Source: Thermoproteota archaeon (GTDB taxonomy: Archaea > Korarchaeota > Korarchaeia > Korarchaeales > Korarchaeaceae). Taken from it: a DNA stretch of 28,715 nt. Below, piece by piece: positions 1-9,222 of the stretch (position 1 is its first letter; each line of letters begins with the position of its first letter). The translations under genes and the position numbers were made by a program. Below the pieces are notes generated by a model. The model saw only the letters and a list, made by a program, of their open reading frames with translations. It did not search any database and was not told where the DNA came from. The DNA lies in assembly GCA_027492205.1 (NCBI GenBank), contig JAOZFN010000012.1:85340-114054 (forward strand). Reading direction: 5' to 3'.

Positions 1-830
1 TTGGAGGGCTCTGATTGCTTCCAACCCTGGGCGACGCTTGGTTCAACATCACCAACCCCTGCGCTTTCAATCTCTGCCCTTGGAGGGCTCTGATTGCTTC
101 CTTCAATTACCCCTATGGCTTCAGGATGGTTCCCATGAAGTATGACTCTTTCAATCTCTGCCCTTGGAGGGCTCTGATTGCTTCGATCAGGCTGTCGACC
201 GGGTTCAACGCCTCGAGCACCCTGGACTTTCAATCTCTGCCCTTGGAGGGCTCTGATTGCTTCAGGATCGACTGAATGCCCGCGCCGCTGGCCGGCTCTG
301 GCATCTCCTTTCAATCTCTGCCCTTGGAGGGCTCTGATTGCTTCAAGAAGGAAAAAGTCACCTTCGACGATGTCATCAGGTACCTGTCTTTCAATCTCTG
401 CCCTTGGAGGGCTCTGATTGCTTCGAACGCGAAATCCTTCTGGCCATCGCGGAGATCCTCCATGACGACCTTTCAATCTCTGCCCTTGGAGGGCTCTGAT
501 TGCTTCGCGTTCGCGGAGCAGGTGTAGGTTATCTCCACCTTCACCACGTCCTTTCAATCTCTGCCCTTGGAGGGCTCTGATTGCTTCGGAGATAGGTGGG
601 GCGCTGGTCGTGATGCACAAGGCGCGCTTTCAATCTCTGCCCTTGGAGGGCTCTGATTGCTTCGCTCTCGCTGTCCTATCAGCCGTCCCATGGCGCCCCG
701 AAACTCGCCTGCTTTCAATCTCTGCCCTTGGAGGGCTCTGATTGCTTCGCCGGAGGTGGTCGTGCCGTGGGCCCAGGCCTGACCGCGCCCCCGCTTTCAA
801 TCTCTGCCCTTGGAGGGCTCTGATTGCTTC
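1..830 (-). CRISPR. CRISPR array 1: 10 full 37-nt repeats plus 1 partial at the window edge, 10 spacers (39-48 nt)
   Basis: Identical repeats CTTTCAATCTCTGCCCTTGGAGGGCTCTGATTGCTTC start at 64, 148, 227, 308, 388, 470, 551, 627, 712 and 794 (partial at 1-21). On the minus strand the repeat ends in the canonical ATTGAAAG and contains a GCCCT-CCA-AGGGC stem. The leader lies to the right. Confidence 0.99.
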
Positions 831-926
831 CCACCCCCCTAATGGGTATATCCTCCAGAGGGCCTCCTCCACCCGCCCGATCCCGGGAGGGGAGGCCGGC
901 GCCGCCTTATAAAGATCAGCGCAGCG
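831..926 (-). promoter_or_regulatory. Leader of array 1 with TATA box (TTTATAA, 913-907)
   Basis: Non-coding region abutting the first repeat; near-identical to 22147-22259 upstream of array 2. Confidence 0.9.
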
Positions 927-1003
927 TGGCTCGCTGGGTCTTCGTCCTGGCGATTCAACAGGGATTCGCAGGATCGAGAGATAGGAGGGTTTGCCCGCTC
1001 AGG

Positions 1004-1645
1004 TCAGAAGCAAACGAGCTCCAGGTAAGCCTGGCCGTGCTCTGTTAGGGTTAGATCTTCGGTGAGGAGGCCTAAGGAAATTAGCCTCCTAATCTCTCGA
1101 TGGGCCGACGTGTGAGATATTCCAAGTCTGCTGGCTACCTTTCGCACGCTGGGTTTGTCCATCTCATGTATTGTCCTGAGTACAGCAGAGAGTCTCTCAT
1201 TCCTTGGGAGGACTACTCCAGATAGCGGGATCTCTGCGTGGCCAGAGAGGTTCTCGAAGTCTACTTCCAAGTTCACCCTTGTCCCTCCTAAAGCCAACTT
1301 AGTCAGGGCTAGGGTGGTCAGAACCACAAGGATTCTCATGCCTCCGCTGAGACTGGCTCTGATCACACTGTGGCCCCGAGAGAGCTCAGTAACTCTCTTC
1401 AGGATGCGGGCTATCTCCTTCGCTGGGCTTCCGGCGTAATCAACTTCGTGGACCTGAGGTGGTCTGCCGAGGTGCCCCTCTAAGATGGAAGAGAGGTTGC
1501 CAAACGCCCTCGCGGCCTTCTCATCTTCCCTGAAGCCAGCAGGCTCTATGACGAGCACATCGTCTTCAGACGAGATAGACGAGCGGAGGAAAAATCTGAG
1601 GGCAAACTTCTCGTCGTAGCCCATTGTCAGGATGTAAAGCGTCAG
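1004..1645 (-). CDS. csa3: CRISPR locus regulator Csa3 (CARF + winged HTH)
   Basis: LYILTMGYDEKFALR, SLSGGMRIL and C-terminal HTH SVRKVASRLGISHTSAHREIRRLISLGLL. The ORF-track ATG is at 1624, but the first CARF strand extends to an in-frame CTG at 1645. Confidence 0.9.
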   Translation of the reverse strand: MTLYILTMGYDEKFALRFFLRSSISSEDDVLVIEPAGFREDEKAARAFGNLSSILEGHLGRPPQVHEVDYAGSPAKEIARILKRVTELSRGHSVIRASLSGGMRILVVLTTLALTKLALGGTRVNLEVDFENLSGHAEIPLSGVVLPRNERLSAVLRTIHEMDKPSVRKVASRLGISHTSAHREIRRLISLGLLTEDLTLTEHGQAYLELVCF

Positions 1646-2301
1646 GCTAGACCCCTCGAACCATAGGATCTGGCGATCTCCTTAAGCAGCACCCCCTCCT
1701 TTCCACCCCTGCCACGGAAGGCGGCCAGGTTGTCTACGATTACCAGGGGGTAGAGGATGGCCAGGCACGGAAGAGGATCCCTTCGAGCCCAAGCCCTCAA
1801 TTGGGAGACGAGTCTCCTTGATTCCTCGCAACCAAACGTCCTCCGCAGGATATCGACATTCACGAGATCGATCAGCCCCTCCTCGTCGACGAGGGATGTG
1901 AACTCCTCAACGCACTCGTCGGCGAGCTCGTGCCTACCCGCCGGGGGCCTGCGCCCAATCATCGTGTGATGGTGCAGGTAGATCGCCAGCGCCATGTGGG
2001 AGACGAATTCCCGTTGAAGCGTCACAGATCTGTGGGCGATGAGGGCTGAGAAGTATTCGTGCCCGGAGAATCCCCTTCCCCTGCTTTGGTATTCTGTTGC
2101 CCCTTTGCCTATGTCATGCAGCAGAACAGTCAGCTTAAGCAGATCCCTTGCGGTCTCCTCGTCTGTTCCAACGAGCCGCGCAACCCTCACGTGATATCCT
2201 CGAGAGAGGAACTTCGCCTTGAGTTCTGATAAGGCAAATTTGAGGTGCTGGGAAAGAGTTTCTACTCCCTCCCCATCCTCAAAGAATGAATAGCAGATCA
2301 C
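1642..2301 (-). CDS. cas3'': Cas3'' HD nuclease (type I-A)
   Basis: ETLSQHL, LLHDIGK, HEYFSA and YLHHH motifs. The GTG at 2301 overlaps the cas3' stop (GTGA) with GGAGGTG upstream, so it is preferred over 2367. Confidence 0.93.
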   Translation of the reverse strand: MICYSFFEDGEGVETLSQHLKFALSELKAKFLSRGYHVRVARLVGTDEETARDLLKLTVLLHDIGKGATEYQSRGRGFSGHEYFSALIAHRSVTLQREFVSHMALAIYLHHHTMIGRRPPAGRHELADECVEEFTSLVDEEGLIDLVNVDILRRTFGCEESRRLVSQLRAWARRDPLPCLAILYPLVIVDNLAAFRGRGGKEGVLLKEIARSYGSRGLA

Positions 2302-3911
2302 AGTCTCAACCCCACCTCCCGGTCGTATAAGTCCGCCCTCGTCAGCCGGAATCTCACGTCCTCCCACCTAGCGGCCCTCACTATCATCCCAGCTAGCTCA
2401 TCGCAATTCAGGTCCAAGGTCTTCCCGCGAGCCTCAACGACGACGCTGCCGGGATGATCCTTCACCAACCTCCTGAGGGACCTAGCAGGGATTGGGATGG
2501 CTTCTCCGTCGTACTCTAGTGGTACCGGATACCCCCTCAGGAACCCTCCCCTTTCGGCTTGAGCCCCAACTTCGCTCAGGACATGCTCGGCCCTGAAGCC
2601 GGGATCCAAGGCCGCCCTGACCAGCCGGTCGTAACATCCAAGGGGAGACGTGATCTCCCCTCTCAGTAGAAACTCGGAGTAGGTTGGTGGGAGCCTTGGA
2701 TGGATCCGGAGCCTGCCCTCTGACGACCTTGCTGACTTAATGGCTAAAGCCGCCCTCTTCATGATTTCTTCCCCGTAAGGCCATGGCCCTCCTGGGTCGA
2801 CGATCTTCACAACACCGGATCTCTCGCGCCACCGCGCGACTCGCCCCATCCTCTGGATGAGAGCGGAAGGAGGAGCTAGGTCTGTGACCAGGAGATCTGC
2901 GCTGATATCCACGCCTGCTTCAATCACCTGCGTGGACACCACTATCCACCTGTCTCCCTCGTCGGCCAGGCGGCGTATTGCAGATACCTTCCTCTCCCTG
3001 TCAGACTCGGTGAACCTGGAGTGGAGGATCTCTATGGGAATATCGTTCCCGAACGTTGCCTTTAAGTTACGGTAGACCTCCTGGGCGCGAGAGACCCAAT
3101 TAACCACCACCAAGTTCCTCATATTTGGGTCGACGAGTTCCGTCGGATCAGCTCGCCCAACCCAGGAGATATCGAACTCCTTGGCCCTCTCCCTGGCAAC
3201 GAACTCGTCTTCAGGATCATCTAAGTCTACCTGAAACTCCCTGAAGACGCAGCCCCGCCCGAGCTGCGACACCTTTCTCAGCTCCCTCACCTGACCGTCT
3301 GTGAGCGTCGCGCTCATGATGAATGTGGGGGTGCCTCTCCTCGCCAAGATCCGCAGGACCGTCCCCAGCGCCCTTCGGAGAAGCGGGTCCTCAAGCTCAA
3401 TATGAGCCTCGTCCAGCACAACGGCAGACAGTAGAACGCTCGCCTGAGTGAAGTAGTCGTAGCCGTGCTCTTCCCTCTCGCGCACCCTCACGATCTTGGC
3501 CGTGTTCAGCTTCAGGGCCGCTAAGACGAAGGTGTCAACCGTGACGAAGGTTAGTGGCATCGTCAAGAACGGGGACTCTGGGGCGCCCATCCTCTGTCTG
3601 CCAACCCAGTCTCCGAGAACCTTCTTCGAGGAGGAGAAGAGGTCGTCCACTATCGTCCTCAGGGGGAGGACGTGGATCACCTTCTCGAACCATGAAGCGT
3701 CTCTCAGAGAGGCCTCGGCGAGGGCAAGGGACAGGGTGGTCTTCCCATATCCGGTTGGGGCCCTTATAGCATAGAATGGGGTTAGGGAGTTCTTTAGATC
3801 CTCCTCAGCCTGCTCGAGCACCTCCTCTATGAGGGGTCTCTTCTCAACTCTCCTGAACCCGCTCAGGCGCTTTAGAATCCTCTCAAGAGAGAATCTGAGG
3901 AGCCCCATCAT
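2298..3911 (-). CDS. cas3': Cas3' SF2 helicase
   Basis: APTGYGKT, LDEAH, MSAT, HSRF, STQVIEAGVDIS and QRMGRVAR motifs. Confidence 0.96.
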   Translation of the reverse strand: MMGLLRFSLERILKRLSGFRRVEKRPLIEEVLEQAEEDLKNSLTPFYAIRAPTGYGKTTLSLALAEASLRDASWFEKVIHVLPLRTIVDDLFSSSKKVLGDWVGRQRMGAPESPFLTMPLTFVTVDTFVLAALKLNTAKIVRVREREEHGYDYFTQASVLLSAVVLDEAHIELEDPLLRRALGTVLRILARRGTPTFIMSATLTDGQVRELRKVSQLGRGCVFREFQVDLDDPEDEFVARERAKEFDISWVGRADPTELVDPNMRNLVVVNWVSRAQEVYRNLKATFGNDIPIEILHSRFTESDRERKVSAIRRLADEGDRWIVVSTQVIEAGVDISADLLVTDLAPPSALIQRMGRVARWRERSGVVKIVDPGGPWPYGEEIMKRAALAIKSARSSEGRLRIHPRLPPTYSEFLLRGEITSPLGCYDRLVRAALDPGFRAEHVLSEVGAQAERGGFLRGYPVPLEYDGEAIPIPARSLRRLVKDHPGSVVVEARGKTLDLNCDELAGMIVRAARWEDVRFRLTRADLYDREVGLRL

Positions 3912-5176
3912 CCCCCCGCCGCGGCCAGAACGGCGTCCACATTCGACTTGGAGGCGAACGCCTTCAGAGCAATCATGAGGGGCCTGTAGATGTTTGCCCC
4001 AGAGCGATCCATCTTTCTGACGTCTCTGAGGGCCCTCGAGAGGACATCCAGTATGAGTTCTGGTCTCCCAGCTGAGATGGCCCTATAGAGGTCCTTGGCT
4101 ATTAGATAGGCCAGCATCTCGTTGTCCCCCTGGATAGGCCTCGAGAGCTCCGCCTCGGCCATGGCGGCCAGGGCCTCGAGGGGGGTCTGCAGACCCCCCC
4201 TCATCTCAACCCAAATGTCCTCTCTTTCCCTCATGGCGCGGATGTATTCCGTGGAGAACCTGAGGAGGGAAGAGAGATCCACATCTACCACGACCTCGGC
4301 CGCCTGAACTTTGCCCATCCTGGTCTGTTTGTAGATGCGCACGGGCCACGTCAGGTCTCCAGTAGCCTCAGCGCTCTCCAAGTACCGTGCCAAGTCGAGC
4401 GAGAGGGCCAGCTCGTATACCTCCTGGCTCCTGAGGTTCCTCTTGGTCTTGACATTGACCATCGTTACTGCGCGGATGGTCTCCAGGGCCGTCCTGTACT
4501 CTCCGGTCGGAACGAGGGTATCCAAGAGTGGGTGGGTGACGAAGTAGTAGCTCCCACCGTAGTAACCGGCGTAGCACTCTAAGAAGCCGAGTCCGAGCAG
4601 GGCGAACCAGAGTTCGTCCATCTTGATCAACGATGTCGGTCCCTTGGTGGGCGCCATGAACCTGGTGCTCCTCTCGTAGAACTCCATCTGCTTCACTACT
4701 GCAGGCACGATGAGGGAGGCGCCACCGCCGATGTGGCCGAGCAGGACCTCCCCGCGGAGGTTGGCGGACTGGAGCGACTTCAGGGGATCCAGCTTTCCGG
4801 AGTCGATCATGTCTGCCGCCCGGAGCATGGCCTCCCTGAAGAGCTGGGGGTAAGTCACCCCGTCCGGCAGGGATACGCCGTAGCAGGACTCGAAGGCCCC
4901 AGACAGGCTCCTCTTATCATTTCCGCCCACCTTGGTCCCCGGGGATTCGAGCACCTTACCTCCGAGGGCCTGGTCCTCGGATCTCTCCCTGAGGAGCGCC
5001 GCGAGATCCGTTGAAAATCGATCGGGTGGATCTTCCAGCAGGAGTTCGACGCCCTCTCCCCGCCAAGAGGAGAACTCTATCCCCCCAATACCCTGAGCGA
5101 GCATCGCCGCCAGGGCGGTCGTCAGGAGTTCTCGAAAGAACCCCGATCCCATGTAGGGAATGTGAATCTTGCTCAA
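3908..5176 (-). CDS. cas8a: Cas8a (Csa4-like) large subunit, type I-A
   Basis: 422 aa, coupled between cas5 and cas3'. PAVVKQMEFYE...WFALLGLGF resembles Cas8a. The call rests largely on position and size. Confidence 0.75.
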   Translation of the reverse strand: MSKIHIPYMGSGFFRELLTTALAAMLAQGIGGIEFSSWRGEGVELLLEDPPDRFSTDLAALLRERSEDQALGGKVLESPGTKVGGNDKRSLSGAFESCYGVSLPDGVTYPQLFREAMLRAADMIDSGKLDPLKSLQSANLRGEVLLGHIGGGASLIVPAVVKQMEFYERSTRFMAPTKGPTSLIKMDELWFALLGLGFLECYAGYYGGSYYFVTHPLLDTLVPTGEYRTALETIRAVTMVNVKTKRNLRSQEVYELALSLDLARYLESAEATGDLTWPVRIYKQTRMGKVQAAEVVVDVDLSSLLRFSTEYIRAMREREDIWVEMRGGLQTPLEALAAMAEAELSRPIQGDNEMLAYLIAKDLYRAISAGRPELILDVLSRALRDVRKMDRSGANIYRPLMIALKAFASKSNVDAVLAAAGG

Positions 5177-5952
5177 CGAATTATCACCTCCTCCGTCTTT
5201 CCCCAGACGTCAAAGGAGATCGTCTCGAGCGGCTCCTCAGATCTGACGCGGACGACGCCGGCTGGATAGCAGAGGGGGGTCTTGGGTACCTGAGAATAGT
5301 CGCCTATGCTCGACGATGGATCCACTACCTGCAGAACTTCGTAGCTGCCCTCCACAGTCATTCCATCCCTGAGGGTGAATGTGAATCTCGTCTCTACCTC
5401 CGTCGTTCTCCTTCTCTCCCCCTGGACCACCTCCACCGATTCGGCGGAGAAGAGAGACTCTCTGGAGCCGAGCCGAGTTATCCCCCAACCTGCCCTCTCT
5501 AGTTCCTCCACATCGTGAGCCCCCCTCCCCAGAATGAAGGCCACGTCCACCCAGGATTCTCCTTCTGAGTAGATGAACACGGAGGGAAGGGCCGTTATGC
5601 TGGGAAACACCTTTCCCCTGTAGAGCTGGTTTACCTTGTGGAGAGACCCGTGCGTCAGAGTGCGGGCCAATACAGAGATGGCGACGTGCTCGACCTCCCG
5701 TCTGACGAGTTCCGCGGAGCTTCCGGCCGGTCTCTTATCGCTGAGGACCTCCCTCCTGTCCCCCCTGATTAGGAGGAGGGGGTACGCCAGCGCCCCCATC
5801 GCCGTGGTGGGGGGCGGAAACCTCAGGGCCGCCCGCATCTTGCTCTGGGGCTGAATGCGGATGGCATACCCCCACGAGGGTCTCAGCCTGACGGCGAGGA
5901 TCTTCCTGATGTCGGTGGAGGACAGGCCCCTCCCCCTCCCGGGCGTCCTCAA
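5173..5952 (-). CDS. cas5: Cas5a
   Basis: WGYAIR, FPPPTTAMGALAY and ITRLGSRESL motifs. Confidence 0.93.
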   Translation of the reverse strand: MRTPGRGRGLSSTDIRKILAVRLRPSWGYAIRIQPQSKMRAALRFPPPTTAMGALAYPLLLIRGDRREVLSDKRPAGSSAELVRREVEHVAISVLARTLTHGSLHKVNQLYRGKVFPSITALPSVFIYSEGESWVDVAFILGRGAHDVEELERAGWGITRLGSRESLFSAESVEVVQGERRRTTEVETRFTFTLRDGMTVEGSYEVLQVVDPSSSIGDYSQVPKTPLCYPAGVVRVRSEEPLETISFDVWGKTEEVIIR

Positions 5953-6971
5953 AGCACGCTCGCCAAGGCCCCCTCAGGAGTGTCCGCAATGCTCACGAAG
6001 TCGAACTCCCCGAGATCAGAGATATCCTCCAGGGCGTCGTAGACCGTGAGGCTCACCTCCTCCTCGAACTTCTCCTTGAGCACCCTCAGTCGCCTGGCCG
6101 TCGCGAGGGCGGATCCCCAGTATATCGGAGAGGTGACGCTGAACGGGTGTTCGGTCTCCGCCACCACGACGCCCACGACATCACCCACGGGGAAGAACCT
6201 GCTGAGCTTGGCGCCAAACTGCCTGCCGCTCACCAGCCTAAAGAGGGCCCTCGCCGCGACGGACCTCCTCTTTTCGATCTCCTCGTCCTTGAGGATCTGC
6301 TCTCCAGTCACGGCGCTGATTCCGATTGAGGATAGGTCCAAGTTAAGGATGAATCCATAGAGGGCGGTGCCGGTCTCCACGTAGTATATCATCTGCTCAG
6401 AGGCGGCCTCCCTCTGCGACCTGTCCCTCACCTCCCTGAGCTGGGCGTGCCTCGCGTGGAGCTGCGGCTCCGTGACGCTGTATAGGGCGGCCCGCTTCAC
6501 GGGGAGCGCGTAGCTCACCTGGAACCTCGAGGTTCGCTTTACCGGAATCTTGCCAGCATACAGGAAGCCCCCGATGTCCTCGACGAGGCAGGACTTGAGT
6601 ATAGCCTCCTCCACCTTCACGGGGTCGTTTAGGAGGTCCTCTGGCTTCGATCCAGAGAAGACGGCCGCAAGCTTCTTCTTGACGTACTCGTCGCTCATGG
6701 ACTTGAAGAACTCTCCCCTGGCGCACTCCTCACAGACGGGGGCGCTCCCTCCATAGACCGCCTTGGCCTCTTCCACAAGGGCCTCCTGATAGGCGTGGGC
6801 CAGGCTCTCCCCGCTCAGCGCCGGGACGTAGATCACCTTGAACTCTTGATCCCTCGGGGAGTAGAACAGATAGGGTACCCTCCTGTGTTTAGAGTAGTTT
6901 CCCGTGGTCTCCACCGCGTTAAGGGCCTCTACATTCGCCTCAAACCTAATGCCAACGGACAAGAAGGTCAT
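5949..6971 (-). CDS. cas7: Cas7/Csa2 backbone subunit
   Basis: NVEALNAVETTGNYSKHRR, VPALSGESLAHAYQ, EDIGGFLY, VKRTSRFQVSYALP and GAKLSRFFP motifs. Confidence 0.96.
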   Translation of the reverse strand: MTFLSVGIRFEANVEALNAVETTGNYSKHRRVPYLFYSPRDQEFKVIYVPALSGESLAHAYQEALVEEAKAVYGGSAPVCEECARGEFFKSMSDEYVKKKLAAVFSGSKPEDLLNDPVKVEEAILKSCLVEDIGGFLYAGKIPVKRTSRFQVSYALPVKRAALYSVTEPQLHARHAQLREVRDRSQREAASEQMIYYVETGTALYGFILNLDLSSIGISAVTGEQILKDEEIEKRRSVAARALFRLVSGRQFGAKLSRFFPVGDVVGVVVAETEHPFSVTSPIYWGSALATARRLRVLKEKFEEEVSLTVYDALEDISDLGEFDFVSIADTPEGALASVL

Positions 6972-6980
6972 ACTCTCACC

Positions 6981-7310
6981 CTACCCATAGGAGAGCGCTA
7001 GGACGGCCAGCCTCCTGGCTACTGAGATGTCCTCCCTTATGGCCTCTAGAACGGCCTTGACGCACTCCTCTGACGGTATCTTGGGGAGAATCTTGGACTT
7101 TCCGTCGATCTTCACCGCGCTGAGCCCACTTGCGTCCTTGAACGACGCGTCGTACAGGGACCTGATGTGCCTCAGGGCATCCTTTACGGCGATCTCAACG
7201 GGATCATACGTAAGAGCATTTGAAATTCGGTCAACGTAACTGTAGTTCCTGATTTCTATGAAAAACCTCAGGAGGCCGGCCAACTCTGACATGCAATCGG
7301 CGAGTTCCAT
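6981..7310 (-). CDS. csa5: Csa5 (Cas11) small subunit
   Basis: 109 aa helical protein with YSYVDRISNAL and ARRLAVLALS; first gene before cas7. Confidence 0.88.
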   Translation of the reverse strand: MELADCMSELAGLLRFFIEIRNYSYVDRISNALTYDPVEIAVKDALRHIRSLYDASFKDASGLSAVKIDGKSKILPKIPSEECVKAVLEAIREDISVARRLAVLALSYG

Positions 7311-7332
7311 CGACCCTCGCCTTGGTACTAGG

Positions 7333-7401
7333 CTGGCTCACCGATTTAACTTTTTTGTCATGCATGGGATCAAAACATCGTAACAAATAATGTTGACAAA
7401 A
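7333..7401 (-). promoter_or_regulatory. Promoter of the type I-A operon (BRE-like CAAAAAAG + TTAAAT) with an overlapping inverted repeat
   Basis: Minus-strand TGACAAAAAAGTTAAATC lies about 35 nt upstream of the csa5 ATG. Inverted pair TTTTGTCA (7353-7360) / TGACAAAA (7394-7401). Confidence 0.7.
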
Positions 7402-7627
7402 TGGCCGAGCGTCAGCCATAAGCAGGAGCGGCGGAGAGCGCAGGCCCTTGGGGTGTGTGGCGCAGACTCTTACCCGGTCAGGAGACGTGTCGGTTTGGAC
7501 GGAGTGTGATTATAATCGGATGGGCCGACTATTTCACCGCCCCGCTCCAAAGGTGAAAGAATCGCGCCGCTGAGACCCCCTGCATCCGGAGTCGTCTGCT
7601 GTTCCTTGACCTCGCCCGGAGAACTTC

Positions 7628-8320
7628 TTAGTGGCCTCTGCGTGAGTTTATGGCGATTCTCCCGAGCAAAGAAAGATCCCTTGAGCCATCCACGATTCCC
7701 CTCTCCCTGAGGGCGGATATGTGCCTGTAGACGGTGGACGCGTTCACCCCGAGCCGGACCGCGATCTCCCTTGGCCCAAGGCCCTGAGCCAACATCTTTA
7801 GTATCTTCAGCTTCTCCTCTCCGATCTCCGGCTCCAGCGGCGCCAAGTCAACATCCGTCGGCTGACCCGTGAAGGGGTCCACTGCCACCACCCTCCCCCC
7901 TGCCAAGCAGACCGCGTAAACCATGGCTAGGCTGGCAAAGGATCTCCACTGGGAGGGCAAGGCCGCCACCTCGAGCCCCTCGTCCTGCAGCGACTTGATC
8001 CTTCCGTAGAAGAACTCCGCTGCCTCCTCAAATCCCCGGGCCTTCAGCCTCGTCTTAGCGACGACCATCCCCGGGGAGAGCCTTGAGACTACTCTGGCTA
8101 GGCTGTCGGCTGACTCCCTTATCAGGGAGTCCCAGGGCGGGAGGGCGGGAGGCAGGAAGAGCTCAACCCTCTCCACGAAGGACAGATCGAGCTGAATTAG
8201 AGAGGAAACAAGCTGGTACCTCAGGGGCGGCACCGTAGCCAGGACGACAAGCCTCGTTCGCCCGGGAGGTTCGGCAGGGAGTACCAATCGCCCGCCCCTC
8301 GAACGGGATTTACTGCTCAC
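7628..8320 (-). CDS. Csa3-like CARF + HTH regulator (divergent CARF)
   Basis: Rossmann-like N-terminus (RLVVLATVP, RVELFLP, EVAALPSQWRSFASLAMVYA) and clear HTH GPREIAVRLGVNASTVYRHISALRERGIV; GTGA-coupled to cmr6. Confidence 0.75.
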   Translation of the reverse strand: MSSKSRSRGGRLVLPAEPPGRTRLVVLATVPPLRYQLVSSLIQLDLSFVERVELFLPPALPPWDSLIRESADSLARVVSRLSPGMVVAKTRLKARGFEEAAEFFYGRIKSLQDEGLEVAALPSQWRSFASLAMVYAVCLAGGRVVAVDPFTGQPTDVDLAPLEPEIGEEKLKILKMLAQGLGPREIAVRLGVNASTVYRHISALRERGIVDGSRDLSLLGRIAINSRRGH

Positions 8321-9222
8321 CCGACTCTGCGGAAGATGCCGAATCCACTGGATTTCTTAGCGCCCATCCCGCGCTTAGTTAGGGTCTCATCTAATAGGAA
8401 GACGACCTCTTCGAAACTCTCCTCGGGGACAGCCAGGATGAACGTGAATGTGGTGCCCTCCCCTATTACCGGGAAGTGTATCGGGTTTGGAGACTCCATC
8501 TCGGAGGGATACGTCCTTCCAGTTTCGTCCGAGTAGTATCTCCTGTAGTGGGGAGTCATCACCTCGGGACGGATCGGCGAACAACCTCGCCATGATGTAA
8601 CGAACCCTCCAAATGCTACAAGCCTCCCCCTGTATTTCGCGGTGCCAAATAGGTCTACGAGGATTTTCACGGCGTTAGTGATCTCCTCCCCCCTATCGGC
8701 AAACTTAGATGCCACTTCTGCCGGGGCCACGCCCAGTTCTCCGCGCCTGATGGCCTCAACCTCATCCAAGCTAACTCCCCCTTCGAGCAGCCGGTAGATC
8801 AGCGAGGCGCGCATGGCCCCCTTCAAGGACGAGCCCGGAATCCACGGGATGCCGTACGGGTTCAAGTAAGCGAGCCCAAGCTCCCAAGCGGTGGCACCCA
8901 GCCCCACGTAAAGCCTAGTTTCAAGCAAATACCTTCTCTCTATGACCCTCGTGGCAGGCAGCGCTAGACTGGCCCCCCTGATGAGCTGGATCGCCCTATC
9001 TGAGTAAGATTTGGGGTACTTCAGCGATGTCAAAAGGTTCCAGTGCTTAGATTTGTGAACCTTCTCGTTCTTACTCAGAGACTCGATCTCTCCCACCTGT
9101 AGGGGCCAAACATGCGAGACCAGGTGTAGATTCGGGTTGGATAGGCCCATCATCAGCGCGGCAACGTTCTGCAATATCTCCCTAACCTTGGCCGCGTTCT
9201 CTTCGCCCATTCTCATCACCAC
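8317..9222 (-). CDS. cmr6: Cmr6 RAMP
   Basis: RLYVGLG, YGIPWIPGSSLKGAMR, MTPHY, PNPIHF and GMGAKKSSGFG motifs. Confidence 0.95.
   Translation of the reverse strand: MVMRMGEENAAKVREILQNVAALMMGLSNPNLHLVSHVWPLQVGEIESLSKNEKVHKSKHWNLLTSLKYPKSYSDRAIQLIRGASLALPATRVIERRYLLETRLYVGLGATAWELGLAYLNPYGIPWIPGSSLKGAMRASLIYRLLEGGVSLDEVEAIRRGELGVAPAEVASKFADRGEEITNAVKILVDLFGTAKYRGRLVAFGGFVTSWRGCSPIRPEVMTPHYRRYYSDETGRTYPSEMESPNPIHFPVIGEGTTFTFILAVPEESFEEVVFLLDETLTKRGMGAKKSSGFGIFRRVG

Noticed and set aside
15-872. ORFs across array 1
   Set aside because: They are translations of repeats and spacers (recurring FNLCPWRALIAS / FQSLPLEGSDCF)
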